NCBI GenBank assembly: GCA_016699145.1
Contig: CP064962.1
Location: 1,290,001-1,322,000 of the forward strand
Source: Candidatus Saccharimonadota bacterium
GTDB taxonomy: Bacteria > Patescibacteriota > Gracilibacteria > UBA1369 > 2-02-FULL-48-14
DNA: 32,000 nucleotides
Direction: 5' to 3'
Numbering within the stretch: position 1 is the first letter of the stretch; each line of letters opens with the position of its first letter. The position numbers and the translations under genes are program-made. The notes under the pieces are model-generated. The model was not told the DNA's origin. It searched no databases and saw only the letters and a list, made by a program, of their open reading frames with translations. Positions 1 to 7,083 of this stretch are shown piece by piece.

Positions 1-828
1 ATAGACCTCACTGGAACTGGTACAAGAAGTGGAGGGACCGATGCCCAAATCAGCACTACAATAGCAGCTGTTAAATATGCTCATAAAGTCACGGGACAGA
101 CAGAACTCAGTGGAAGCTTAACGACTGCGACAGTAACAGTCGGAGGGACGTCCTGCAGCGAATCGAGTGGAGTTTACTATTGCGCCACACCACTGGCTTC
201 AGATGGCGGAGTCAGTGACCTAATTGTGACCAAAGATGGCTATGTGACTTACACCGCTAACTCTACCAATCGTGCGACGAATTCAACCGCTCAGGCAACG
301 TATACTTCCAGCAACGCCTTCGCCTACAAAATTACGAGCATCACAACAGAAGTCCTATCCACGAACATCACGGGAAGCATCAGCACATTCACTGCAGGAG
401 ACAGCAGTGGACAAGACAACTGCACCCTAAATGGAGGCTCATGGTACTGCCCCGTACTGCTCACGAATAGTAATTTGGAACCAACCGGAACCGCTACCTT
501 GGATGGTTACGTAAGTGAGGCCCTGGATTTGACCGGCAGTGACATACGAATAAGCAACACAGATGCACAAATTTCAACGACTTTAAGCGGAATAAAATAT
601 GCTCACAAAGTCACCGGCCAGACGGAATTGGGGGGCGGCCTCACCGCAGCAACTGTAACGGTGGGAGGCACGACTTGCACAGAAAATTCTGGCACCTACT
701 ATTGCGCAACTCTCTTAGCGGACGACGGCGGTACAAACGACGTCATTGTCATAAAGGATGACTACCTTACTCACACCGAAAATTCGACCAATCGCAGCAC
801 AAATGCCACGGTCCAAGCCCTTTATGAA
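1..828 (+). repeat. Internal duplication of a ~101-aa Cys-pair beta-sandwich-like module (copy 1 nt 1-~303, copy 2 nt 523-~828, offset 522 nt) with a diverged related module between them
   Basis: My hand alignment of IDLTGTGTRSGGTDAQISTTIAAVKYAHKVTGQTEL...NSTNRATNSTAQATY against LDLTGSDIRISNTDAQISTTLSGIKYAHKVTGQTEL...NSTNRSTNATVQALY gives about two-thirds identity. Each module has a C-x5-6-(Y/W)YC pair. Confidence 0.75.
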
Positions 829-1488
829 ATCACTTTATATTCATCTGAAGAAGAACCCGAAGAAGAGCCCGAAGATGAACCCGAGGATGAACCCGAGGAT
901 GAACCCGAAGAACTTGAGCAAACCTCTCTCATTCAATTTCGATATTGCTACTTCGCCGATATCTCTTCTCATTGGGCAGAGCCCTACATTCTGGACTTGT
1001 GCGCGCGAAGCATAATGGACTCAAGTGAACCCTTTTTTAATCCCGATGAATTCATCACACGAGCTGAAATGGCTCAAATCACATGGATGAGTTTTGGCGA
1101 TCCCACAGCCGAAATCACCCTAGCTTCAGAATTGAAAACTTTTGAAGATGTGGCTCCCAACGATTGGTTCAGTGACTATGTGAATGGAGCTCGAACCATG
1201 GGTGCAATAGAAGGATATGCCGATGGAACCTTCCGTCCCAACCAACCACTCAACCGAGCCGAATGCATGAAAATCGTACTTTCAGCTTTGTCCTTAAGTG
1301 GAGAAATTTCCGAAGTGCCTTTTTCAGATGTGGATCAATCCGCGTGGTACGCTCCTTATATCGACTGGGCTTATCAAAACAACATCATTGATGGGAAAAA
1401 CGAAAATACTTTTGCTCCTCAAGATTTCATTACTCGTGCAGAAGTAACAAAAATAATCTCAAACATGCTCGATTATGCAAATCGTTAG
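1..1488 (+). CDS. SLH-domain cell-surface (S-layer-like) protein, 5'-partial; the reading frame is open from base 1, so the GTG at 226 in the ORF track is not the true start
   Basis: Frame 1 is open from nt 1 and the upstream translation (IDLTGTG...KYAHKVTGQTELSGSL...) repeats the module seen again from nt 523. The C-terminus carries three S-layer-homology-like segments (FADISSHWAEPYI...ITRAEMAQI; FEDVAPNDWFSDYV...LNRAECMKIV; FSDVDQSAWYAPYI...ITRAEVTKII). Stop codon at 1486-1488. Confidence 0.8.
   Translation: MDLTGTGTRSGGTDAQISTTIAAVKYAHKVTGQTELSGSLTTATVTVGGTSCSESSGVYYCATPLASDGGVSDLIVTKDGYVTYTANSTNRATNSTAQATYTSSNAFAYKITSITTEVLSTNITGSISTFTAGDSSGQDNCTLNGGSWYCPVLLTNSNLEPTGTATLDGYVSEALDLTGSDIRISNTDAQISTTLSGIKYAHKVTGQTELGGGLTAATVTVGGTTCTENSGTYYCATLLADDGGTNDVIVIKDDYLTHTENSTNRSTNATVQALYEITLYSSEEEPEEEPEDEPEDEPEDEPEELEQTSLIQFRYCYFADISSHWAEPYILDLCARSIMDSSEPFFNPDEFITRAEMAQITWMSFGDPTAEITLASELKTFEDVAPNDWFSDYVNGARTMGAIEGYADGTFRPNQPLNRAECMKIVLSALSLSGEISEVPFSDVDQSAWYAPYIDWAYQNNIIDGKNENTFAPQDFITRAEVTKIISNMLDYANR
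847..906 (+). repeat. Five tandem copies of a 12-nt repeat (GAR GAW GAR CCC) encoding an EEEP/EDEP acidic linker
   Basis: gaagaagaaccc gaagaagagccc gaagatgaaccc gaggatgaaccc gaggatgaaccc is read directly. It separates the repeat modules from the SLH triplet. Confidence 0.9.
952..1470 (+). other. Three tandem SLH (S-layer homology)-like domains (approx 952-1095, 1141-1290, 1321-1470)
   Basis: Each segment has the pattern F-x-D-(I/V)-x3-W-(A/F/Y)-x2-Y-(I/V) ... (I/L)-(T/N)-R-A-E, recognised by eye. No HMM was run. Confidence 0.65.
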
Positions 1489-1568
1489 CTGCTAAAGACC
1501 TTCTCAAAAAACTTGTGTTCTTTCTTGAAAATTGATAAAAAGAAGGTCAAGTTTTTACCTGTTCGTCC

Positions 1569-2699
1569 GTGTCTTTACTGGAACAATTCATCCAAACTCC
1601 GGCTCCTTTTTTCACCCTCAACGGGGATGGCTTACCCATGGGTGAGGCTGGCAATTATCGTAAAAAAATTCCAGATGAAGATTTCACAAAAAAGCATGAT
1701 CCTCTCGTGCCCATCAAGGATGAACTTTTAACGCGACCCATGTATTTCAATCTGAAAATGACGGAGGAAGAATGCATGCATTTTCGCGTGCCAGCATTGG
1801 CTCATTGCATAAAATTTGATCGAGCTCTTCAAAAACTCGTTGCTTGGAAAATTCGTGTGTGCGATGCGTACCGTCCCATGGAAGTGCAACGCCAAGGTTT
1901 TTGCTGGGGAATGAGGGAGTTGCTCACACGCAGTGGAGAAGGGGCTTACGAACGATTTTTAATTCTTTTACAAGAAGCCGTTACTTGTGGAGTGGACAAT
2001 GAAGACCGTCAATTTTTGGAAGATTATATTACGCTTGGGGAACAATTTTTTTCCTACGTTGAAGCCCAAGCTTTGCCAACTACAAAATTACCCGAAAGCG
2101 CTACGCCGCTCATCATTCACGCCGCTGGCAACTTTCAATTGGAGGGATTTGAACTCGATCCATTCGCCATAAACGAACACAATTCAGGGGGCATCGCCGA
2201 CATCGAATTCATCGATCAAAAAACAGACAAAGTGGTGAACATGGGAGTGGCCGTAGACACGCCGGGCTACTGCAGTATTTTTGCTTATTTTGAAGACGAA
2301 CCAGCGCCAATTTTTAAACACGTTCCGCGCTTCCCAAAACAGTTGTACAAGTTGGAAGCTCGCAAGGCTTACTATAAAAAAGAACTTGCCGAAAATGTCT
2401 ACATTCGCAATCATTTGATTGCAGCAGGAAGGGACCCAGACTTGGCAATTAAAGACGCTAAGGTTTTCAAAAAACTTTGGGAAGAAATCCGAACTCATCG
2501 TCGAATTTTTTCACACCTTGCCTTCAGCATGGGCATAGTGGTGGAAGCTGCAGAAGCTTGGCATCTGCGTTTCAATGACGAAGCAGGAGGAGTCCGTTAC
2601 AAGCGCACCGGGGAAGTTTCTGGAGCCGGTTCTTATGCCACTCACCTTGGAAAAACCCACTGCGCGTGGGGTTCCGCCAATCCCATTTATCACTCATGA
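1569..2699 (+). CDS. VanX-like D-Ala-D-Ala dipeptidase family protein (peptidase M15D / LAS metallopeptidase), enlarged version
   Basis: VanX-type motifs occur in the right order: CDAYRP (aa 98-103), H-x6-D in EHNSGGIAD (H204, D211) and E-x2-H in EAWH (E329, H332). It is 376 aa versus about 200 aa for classical VanX. The start (GTG at 1569) is uncertain. Confidence 0.55.
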   Translation: MSLLEQFIQTPAPFFTLNGDGLPMGEAGNYRKKIPDEDFTKKHDPLVPIKDELLTRPMYFNLKMTEEECMHFRVPALAHCIKFDRALQKLVAWKIRVCDAYRPMEVQRQGFCWGMRELLTRSGEGAYERFLILLQEAVTCGVDNEDRQFLEDYITLGEQFFSYVEAQALPTTKLPESATPLIIHAAGNFQLEGFELDPFAINEHNSGGIADIEFIDQKTDKVVNMGVAVDTPGYCSIFAYFEDEPAPIFKHVPRFPKQLYKLEARKAYYKKELAENVYIRNHLIAAGRDPDLAIKDAKVFKKLWEEIRTHRRIFSHLAFSMGIVVEAAEAWHLRFNDEAGGVRYKRTGEVSGAGSYATHLGKTHCAWGSANPIYHS

Positions 2700-3193
2700 A
2701 AAAACGTTATTCTGCTCAGCAAATTCATCAAAGAATTCACGAACTCGCGGAGCAAATTTCAAAAGACTACGAAGGTCAAGAGGTGCTCCTGCTGGGCGTG
2801 CTCAAAGGCGCAATGATTTTTCTTGCCCACCTCCTGGTGCAACTCAAAGGCGATTTTGAAATCAACACACTCACGGTGAGCAGCTACACAGGCACGAGCA
2901 GCACTGAACTCAAACTTCAATCCGAACCCACCTGCACTCTCAAAGGCCGTCGCATTTTACTGGTGGAAGACATCATCGACAGCGGAAAAACAGTTCATTT
3001 TATTAAAGAATACTTGCTGCAAAAAGGCGCAGCGGAAGTAGAAATCGTCACCTTGGTGGACAAAGAAACAAAGACCAATGTGCTGAGTCCCAAATACGTG
3101 GGCTTTCACTATGCCGAGCCCAACTTTCTTGTAGGCTTTGGCTTCGACCTGGATGAAAAACTCCGCAACTTGCCAGAAATCCACCAACTCTAA
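2696..3193 (+). CDS. hpt: Hypoxanthine(-guanine) phosphoribosyltransferase
   Basis: PRPP-binding motif LLVEDIIDSGKT is present, along with overall Hpt-like sequence (GVLKGAMIFLAHL, VGFGFDLDEKLRNLPEI). I chose the ATG at 2696, which overlaps the upstream TGA (ATGA), rather than the track start at 2666. Confidence 0.85.
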   Translation: MKKRYSAQQIHQRIHELAEQISKDYEGQEVLLLGVLKGAMIFLAHLLVQLKGDFEINTLTVSSYTGTSSTELKLQSEPTCTLKGRRILLVEDIIDSGKTVHFIKEYLLQKGAAEVEIVTLVDKETKTNVLSPKYVGFHYAEPNFLVGFGFDLDEKLRNLPEIHQL

Positions 3194-3199
3194 ACACCC

Positions 3200-3228
3200 T
3201 GGTCTTTTTTGGATTTAGCCTCTATACT
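3200..3228 (+). promoter_or_regulatory. Candidate sigma70-type promoter for tRNA-Ala/tsaC (TGGTCT, 17-nt spacer, TATACT)
   Basis: The -10-like TATACT lies at 3223-3228 and a weak -35-like TGGTCT at 3200-3205. The tRNA begins about 25 nt downstream. Confidence 0.3.
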
Positions 3229-3252
3229 CCGTCCACGAAAGCTTTTTGACGT

Positions 3253-3329
3253 GGGCCCATAGCTCAGTTGGCTAGAGCGCTTCCATGGCATGGAAGAGGC
3301 CGTCGGTTCAAGTCCGATTGGGTCCACCA
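3253..3329 (+). tRNA. tRNA-Ala (anticodon GGC) with encoded 3' CCA
   Basis: I folded the cloverleaf by hand. The acceptor stem is GGGCCCA/TGGGTCC with the G3:U70 alanine identity pair. The D arm is GCTC-AGTTGGCTA-GAGC, the anticodon arm is CTTCC-ATGGCAT-GGAAG (anticodon GGC), and the T arm is GTCGG-TTCAAGT-CCGAT. The discriminator is A, followed by CCA. Confidence 0.9.
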
Positions 3330-3337
3330 AATTTTTT

Positions 3338-4297
3338 ATGAACGAAGACTTGAAAATTGCAGCTGAGCACATCCAAACTGGGAGTCTGGTGGCTTTCCCA
3401 ACAGAAACGGTCTATGGATTGGGTGCCGATGCCTTCAACGAATCCGCCATTCAAAAAATTTACGAAGCCAAGGGGCGCCCCAGCAGCAATCCACTCATCG
3501 TGCACATCGCCGAATTGGCCGACCTCTCCAAACTCACAGACCAAGTAGGTGAGGAAGAACAAAAGCTCATCACGGCATTTTGGCCCGGCCCGCTCACCCT
3601 TGTTTTTCGAAAAAAACCCACCGTTTCAGCCCAAGTCACCGGCGGACTGAACACCGTCGCCGTGCGCATGCCCGCTCACCCTCTAGCCCTCGAACTCATC
3701 CAAGAAGCAGGCACACCCATCGCTGCTCCTTCCGCCAAGCTTTCCGGCAAGCCCAGTGCCACCCATCATGAGCATGTACGAACTTATTTTGGCAAAAAAG
3801 GTTTCACACTCGAAGGAGGAGCCACTCAGCACGGCCTCGAATCCACTGTTTTGCAAATGAAAGAAGGCCTCCCTCATATTTACCGCCTGGGTTCCATCAC
3901 CCCCGAAGACATTGAACGAGTGCTGGGCGTAAAACCCATTTTAGAAACGCATTCCAAAAATTCACCAGGCACTCATTTCAAGCACTATGCCCCTGAGACA
4001 CAGCTCGAAATTCTCGAACCTGAAGCCCTCTTAAAAGCCGCCACCTCAGCGGGTCCTCAAGTCGGAATTCTGGCCACCACGGAACTCCTTGTTCAGCTGC
4101 CCAAAGAGTTGCCGCATTACGACCTTGGCTCAGCCTCCGATCTCCTTACTGTAGGTTCTCATCTCTATTCCGGTCTCATCGCTCTCGACGCCCTACAGTT
4201 GAATAAAATTTTAGTTCAATCCTTCCCAGAAAAAGGCCTGGGCCTGGCTCTCATGGATAGACTCCGACGCGCCTCAGGCCAGAAGTGGCTTGCCTAA
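3338..4297 (+). CDS. tsaC: L-threonylcarbamoyladenylate synthase (Sua5/YwlC-type TsaC with C-terminal Sua5 domain)
   Basis: YrdC-domain motifs FPTETVYGLGADAF and KGRPSSNPLIVHI are present, and the ~320-aa length fits the Sua5 type. The ATG at 3338 is preferred because the track ORF start (3290) lies inside the tRNA. Confidence 0.85.
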   Translation: MNEDLKIAAEHIQTGSLVAFPTETVYGLGADAFNESAIQKIYEAKGRPSSNPLIVHIAELADLSKLTDQVGEEEQKLITAFWPGPLTLVFRKKPTVSAQVTGGLNTVAVRMPAHPLALELIQEAGTPIAAPSAKLSGKPSATHHEHVRTYFGKKGFTLEGGATQHGLESTVLQMKEGLPHIYRLGSITPEDIERVLGVKPILETHSKNSPGTHFKHYAPETQLEILEPEALLKAATSAGPQVGILATTELLVQLPKELPHYDLGSASDLLTVGSHLYSGLIALDALQLNKILVQSFPEKGLGLALMDRLRRASGQKWLA

Positions 4298-4329
4298 GCC
4301 AATAAAAGAGGTAAAATGAAAGCTTCCTT

Positions 4330-5046
4330 ATGGAACCTCTCAAAAACAAAGCGCTGTTCCTCTTCATTGTCCTCATTGCTTTTGTGGATGGACTTCTAGT
4401 GGCCGATCATTTTTATCGCACGCAGCCCAGCCTCACCTCAGCCAGTGAACCGGTTCTTTTGGAAGACATTTTCGAGCCCAAAACCAGCGAACCACTCGCC
4501 GAACCCGAACCTCAAAAGTTGCCCTTCACCACTCAAGCACCCCTGGGCATGTGGGAGGAACCCTGGGCCGACTACGGTGAAGAAGCCTGTGTATGGATGG
4601 CCATGAAGTGGGCAAACGGAGAAGAATTCACTTCCATTTACAACACCGCAGATGAGCTGAACGCCATCGCAGCCTGGGAAGAACAAGCCTTTGGCAGCTC
4701 TAAACTCACAGACATTCCTCAAGTTTTACAGATTGTTGTGAACCATTTCGGTCACAGCAAAGCCTATCTTTCGGGGGACCTCACCGAAGAGGGGCTTCGT
4801 GCCTTCCTCAGCGACGGAGCAATCCTCATCCTTCCTGTGAATGGACAAATTTTACAGAACCCCAATTACAGTGATCCTGCACCAGAACATCACATGATTG
4901 TACTCTATGCGGCCACTGAAACGGGCTTTTTAGCCAACGATCCTGGCACCCGCCGTGGGGAAGGCGTAGAATACGACACGCAAAAAATCCTAGACAGCGT
5001 CCAGGATTTAGAAGGTGAACGAATCATGCTCGTGATCGAACGCTGA
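4330..5046 (+). CDS. Membrane-anchored C39-like cysteine peptidase domain protein (Peptidase_C39_2-like)
   Basis: There is an N-terminal TM helix (ALFLFIVLIAFVDGLLVA). LPFTTQAPLGMWEEPWADYGEEACVWMAM and HHMIVLY...NDPGTRRGEGVEY resemble the family often annotated as C39 peptidase. This is recognised from memory only. Confidence 0.5.
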   Translation: MEPLKNKALFLFIVLIAFVDGLLVADHFYRTQPSLTSASEPVLLEDIFEPKTSEPLAEPEPQKLPFTTQAPLGMWEEPWADYGEEACVWMAMKWANGEEFTSIYNTADELNAIAAWEEQAFGSSKLTDIPQVLQIVVNHFGHSKAYLSGDLTEEGLRAFLSDGAILILPVNGQILQNPNYSDPAPEHHMIVLYAATETGFLANDPGTRRGEGVEYDTQKILDSVQDLEGERIMLVIER

Positions 5047-5331
5047 CTATTTTTCAGCTTTCTTCTTCGCAACAACAGTGGCCACGCTGCGGGCAAGCAA
5101 AGATTTTCGTCGAGCCGCCGTATTTTTTTGAAGCACATTCTTCTTCGTTGCGAGGTCGATTTGCTTGTAAGCCGTGCTCATCATTTTTTCAGCTTCTGCC
5201 TTGTCGCCTGCTTTAACGGCATCCATAACAGAACGCATGGACTTACGAACGGCGGTGCGCACATTGTAATTGCGAGCTTGGCGAACCAAAGATTGTTTTG
5301 CACGCTTCTTAGCTGACTTGATGATAGGCAT
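5047..5331 (-). CDS. rpsT: 30S ribosomal protein S20
   Basis: MPIIKSAKKRAKQSLVRQARN... is typical of S20. The ATG at 5331 is preceded by AAGGAAAG (Shine-Dalgarno), and the upstream extension in the ORF track is non-homologous. Confidence 0.9.
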   Translation of the reverse strand: MPIIKSAKKRAKQSLVRQARNYNVRTAVRKSMRSVMDAVKAGDKAEAEKMMSTAYKQIDLATKKNVLQKNTAARRKSLLARSVATVVAKKKAEK

Positions 5332-5362
5332 CTTTCCTTGAGATTTAAAAAATTGCCCGTAA

Positions 5363-5391
5363 AATATAGGGGCTAAACCTGATCTTGTCAA
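5363..5391 (-). promoter_or_regulatory. Near-consensus sigma70 promoter for rpsT (TTGACA, 17 nt, TATATT)
   Basis: On the minus strand the -35 TTGACA is the reverse complement of 5386-5391 and the -10 TATATT is the reverse complement of 5363-5368. The spacer is exactly 17 nt and the -10 lies about 30 nt upstream of the rpsT ATG. Confidence 0.6.
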
Positions 5392-5410
5392 AGGAAAAAG
5401 CACTTTTCTT

Positions 5411-5995
5411 ATGCTAAACCTGAAGTACCCCCTTATTTTGGCCTCTCAAAGCCCCCGTCGTAAGGAGCTTTTAAACCTTATAAATCTCTCTTTTGAAGTG
5501 GACATTCCACACGAATTTGAAGAATTCACTGCCGCCCAAATCCCAGATCCTCAAGAGCTGGTCAAAGCCAATGCCGCTGGCAAGGTTCAGGAGGTGAGGA
5601 CTCGCCATCCCGCAGCCGTGATCTTAGGAGTGGACACCGTGGTCGCCCTCGATGGACAAATCCTCGGAAAGCCTGCAAACCCTGAAGAAGCAGTGAAAAT
5701 GCTCCAAAAACTCCAAGGGAAAACACACACCGTTTGGACAGGGGTGCAACTTCTCGACACCACCACCGGCAAGAAACTCAGTTTCGAAGAACAAACAGAA
5801 GTGGATTTTCTCCCTATGAGCGACGAGGTCATCCGCGCTTACGTAAAAACAGGTGAGCCCATGGACAAGGCCGGTGCCTACGCCATTCAAGGTTTGGGTA
5901 GCGTTCACATTCGCGGAATTCGCGGTGATTTTTTCACGGTTGTAGGATTGCCTCTCGCCAAGGTTTACGCCGCCTTGCGTGAACTGCAAATCTGA
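5411..5995 (+). CDS. maf: Maf-family nucleoside triphosphate pyrophosphatase (septum formation protein Maf)
   Basis: It has the N-terminal LILASQSPRRKELL motif, DTVV...GKP, and KAGAYAIQG near the C-terminus. Confidence 0.85.
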   Translation: MLNLKYPLILASQSPRRKELLNLINLSFEVDIPHEFEEFTAAQIPDPQELVKANAAGKVQEVRTRHPAAVILGVDTVVALDGQILGKPANPEEAVKMLQKLQGKTHTVWTGVQLLDTTTGKKLSFEEQTEVDFLPMSDEVIRAYVKTGEPMDKAGAYAIQGLGSVHIRGIRGDFFTVVGLPLAKVYAALRELQI

Positions 5996-6025
5996 ACTAA
6001 ACTGAAGCCATCTTAACTCCACGCA

Positions 6026-6490
6026 ATGGAAAAAAAAGCAGGTAAAATTGCCCTCGGACTCGGGCTTTTAACAGGAGCCATCACGGGTCTTCTTTTCGCT
6101 CCCGATGAAGGGAAAAACATTCGTAAAAAAATCGCAAAAGGAGACACGAAGGGACTTTTGCAAGACCTCGAAAACATGGGGAATGAAATGAAAGAAATGG
6201 CTTCCCACCTTGCTAAAAATCCAAGCATCCACCATGCGCTTGAAAAAGGGAAAAATATGGCTGCCGAAGCTGCAAATCTGCGTCGTGAAGAGCTCGATGC
6301 CATGCTCAAAAAAGCCAACAAAAAGGCCGATGCCTTCAAAAAAACGGTCGCTACTTTTGTTAATGAGCAAAAAGCCATGCTGGAAGACAAAATGGACAAG
6401 ACTCCCAAGGCTAAATCCAGCAAAAAATCTTCCAAAAAGGCCGTTGCTAAAAAGCCCAGTAAAAAAGGAGGAGCAAAGAAAAAGAAGTAG
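6026..6490 (+). CDS. YtxH-domain protein with lysine-rich C-terminal tail
   Basis: The N-terminal GLGLLTGAITGLLFAPDEGKNIRKKI is typical of YtxH. It is followed by a coiled, charged region and a KK-rich tail. Confidence 0.6.
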   Translation: MEKKAGKIALGLGLLTGAITGLLFAPDEGKNIRKKIAKGDTKGLLQDLENMGNEMKEMASHLAKNPSIHHALEKGKNMAAEAANLRREELDAMLKKANKKADAFKKTVATFVNEQKAMLEDKMDKTPKAKSSKKSSKKAVAKKPSKKGGAKKKK

Positions 6491-6531
6491 AGGCCACTCA
6501 AAAAAGACCAGAGTGAGTTTTAAAGGCCAAA

Positions 6532-6810
6532 TCATCCTAAGCGTTTTGTCGTATTTTTATAAATCACAGAACGATGAGCAATCACAAGCACTTTTACAAA
6601 AAAATCTTCAATCCTAAAAATCACCCGATAATCTCCCACTCTCAGTTTTCGATACCCTTTCAAAGACTTCCTTAAAGGCTTGCCAAATTTTTCAGGCTCC
6701 ACAGTGAGTTTTTTCTCAATAGCAGCTTTGATAACCCCTCGAATTTCCGAGGAAAGTTTAGGAATGTCCACCTGAGCCACTTCTTCAGCATACTGAACAA
6801 GAAAACTCAT
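6532..6810 (-). CDS. RelE/ParE-family type II toxin
   Basis: KPLRKSLKGYRKLRVGDYRVIFRIED..VKVLVIAHRS is the RelE/StbE/ParE signature. The ATG at 6810 overlaps the antitoxin stop by 4 nt (ATGA). Confidence 0.8.
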   Translation of the reverse strand: MSFLVQYAEEVAQVDIPKLSSEIRGVIKAAIEKKLTVEPEKFGKPLRKSLKGYRKLRVGDYRVIFRIEDFFVKVLVIAHRSVIYKNTTKRLG

Positions 6811-7028
6811 GCCCAAGCATCTTTATGAGATACAAAACGAGCATTTTTATAGTCTCTTTCAGCTGCAATTTTATCCCAAACAGCATCTTCATCCATCTCA
6901 AGGGCCAGTTGAATGAGATGGGCAGCTTTAGTGGAAGAAGGAACTCCATCACGACGAGCAATTTGTGTGAGAGCAGCCTCCACTTCATCCGGTAAACTCA
7001 CCATGCGGCGTTTTTTTAAAGTGCTCAT
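6807..7028 (-). CDS. Ribbon-helix-helix (CopG/RelB-like) antitoxin
   Basis: It is a small protein immediately upstream of the toxin and translationally coupled to it. KRRMVSLPDEVEAALTQIARRDG fits an RHH beta-strand plus helix pattern. ATG at 7028 is preferred over TTG at 7040. Confidence 0.7.
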   Translation of the reverse strand: MSTLKKRRMVSLPDEVEAALTQIARRDGVPSSTKAAHLIQLALEMDEDAVWDKIAAERDYKNARFVSHKDAWA

Positions 7029-7050
7029 AGGTAAAAACAAAGACTCATTA

Positions 7051-7072
7051 AGTGTAACACTTGTGTTGCACT
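7051..7072. promoter_or_regulatory. Imperfect 22-bp palindrome, candidate antitoxin operator
   Basis: AGTGtAACAC-tt-GTGTTgCACT has 18 of 22 positions self-complementary and lies 23-44 nt upstream of the antitoxin ATG. Confidence 0.5.
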
Positions 7073-7083
7073 AAAAGCAAGCA

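Noticed and set aside
1513-1731. 72-aa ORF overlapping the start of the VanX-like gene
   Set aside because: It is out of frame with the motif-bearing gene, has no features and lies entirely in its 5' region.
4316-4399. 27-codon ORF starting at ATG 4316, preceded by AGAGGT, out of frame with the C39-like gene
   Set aside because: The product has no features, whereas the 4330 frame gives a TM anchor plus a recognisable peptidase domain. The GAGG may simply be part of the upstream region.
6492-6528. Possible terminator between ytxH and the toxin gene (CACTC ... GAGTG with an 11-nt loop, flanking GGCC pair)
   Set aside because: The stem is short, the loop is long and there is no clean U-tract on either strand, so support is insufficient.
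6013-6535. Two minus-strand ORFs (162 and 155 aa) opposite ytxH
   Set aside because: They are the antisense of a Lys-rich gene and give Phe/Leu-rich pseudo-membrane sequences. The plus-strand YtxH N-terminal motif is specific.
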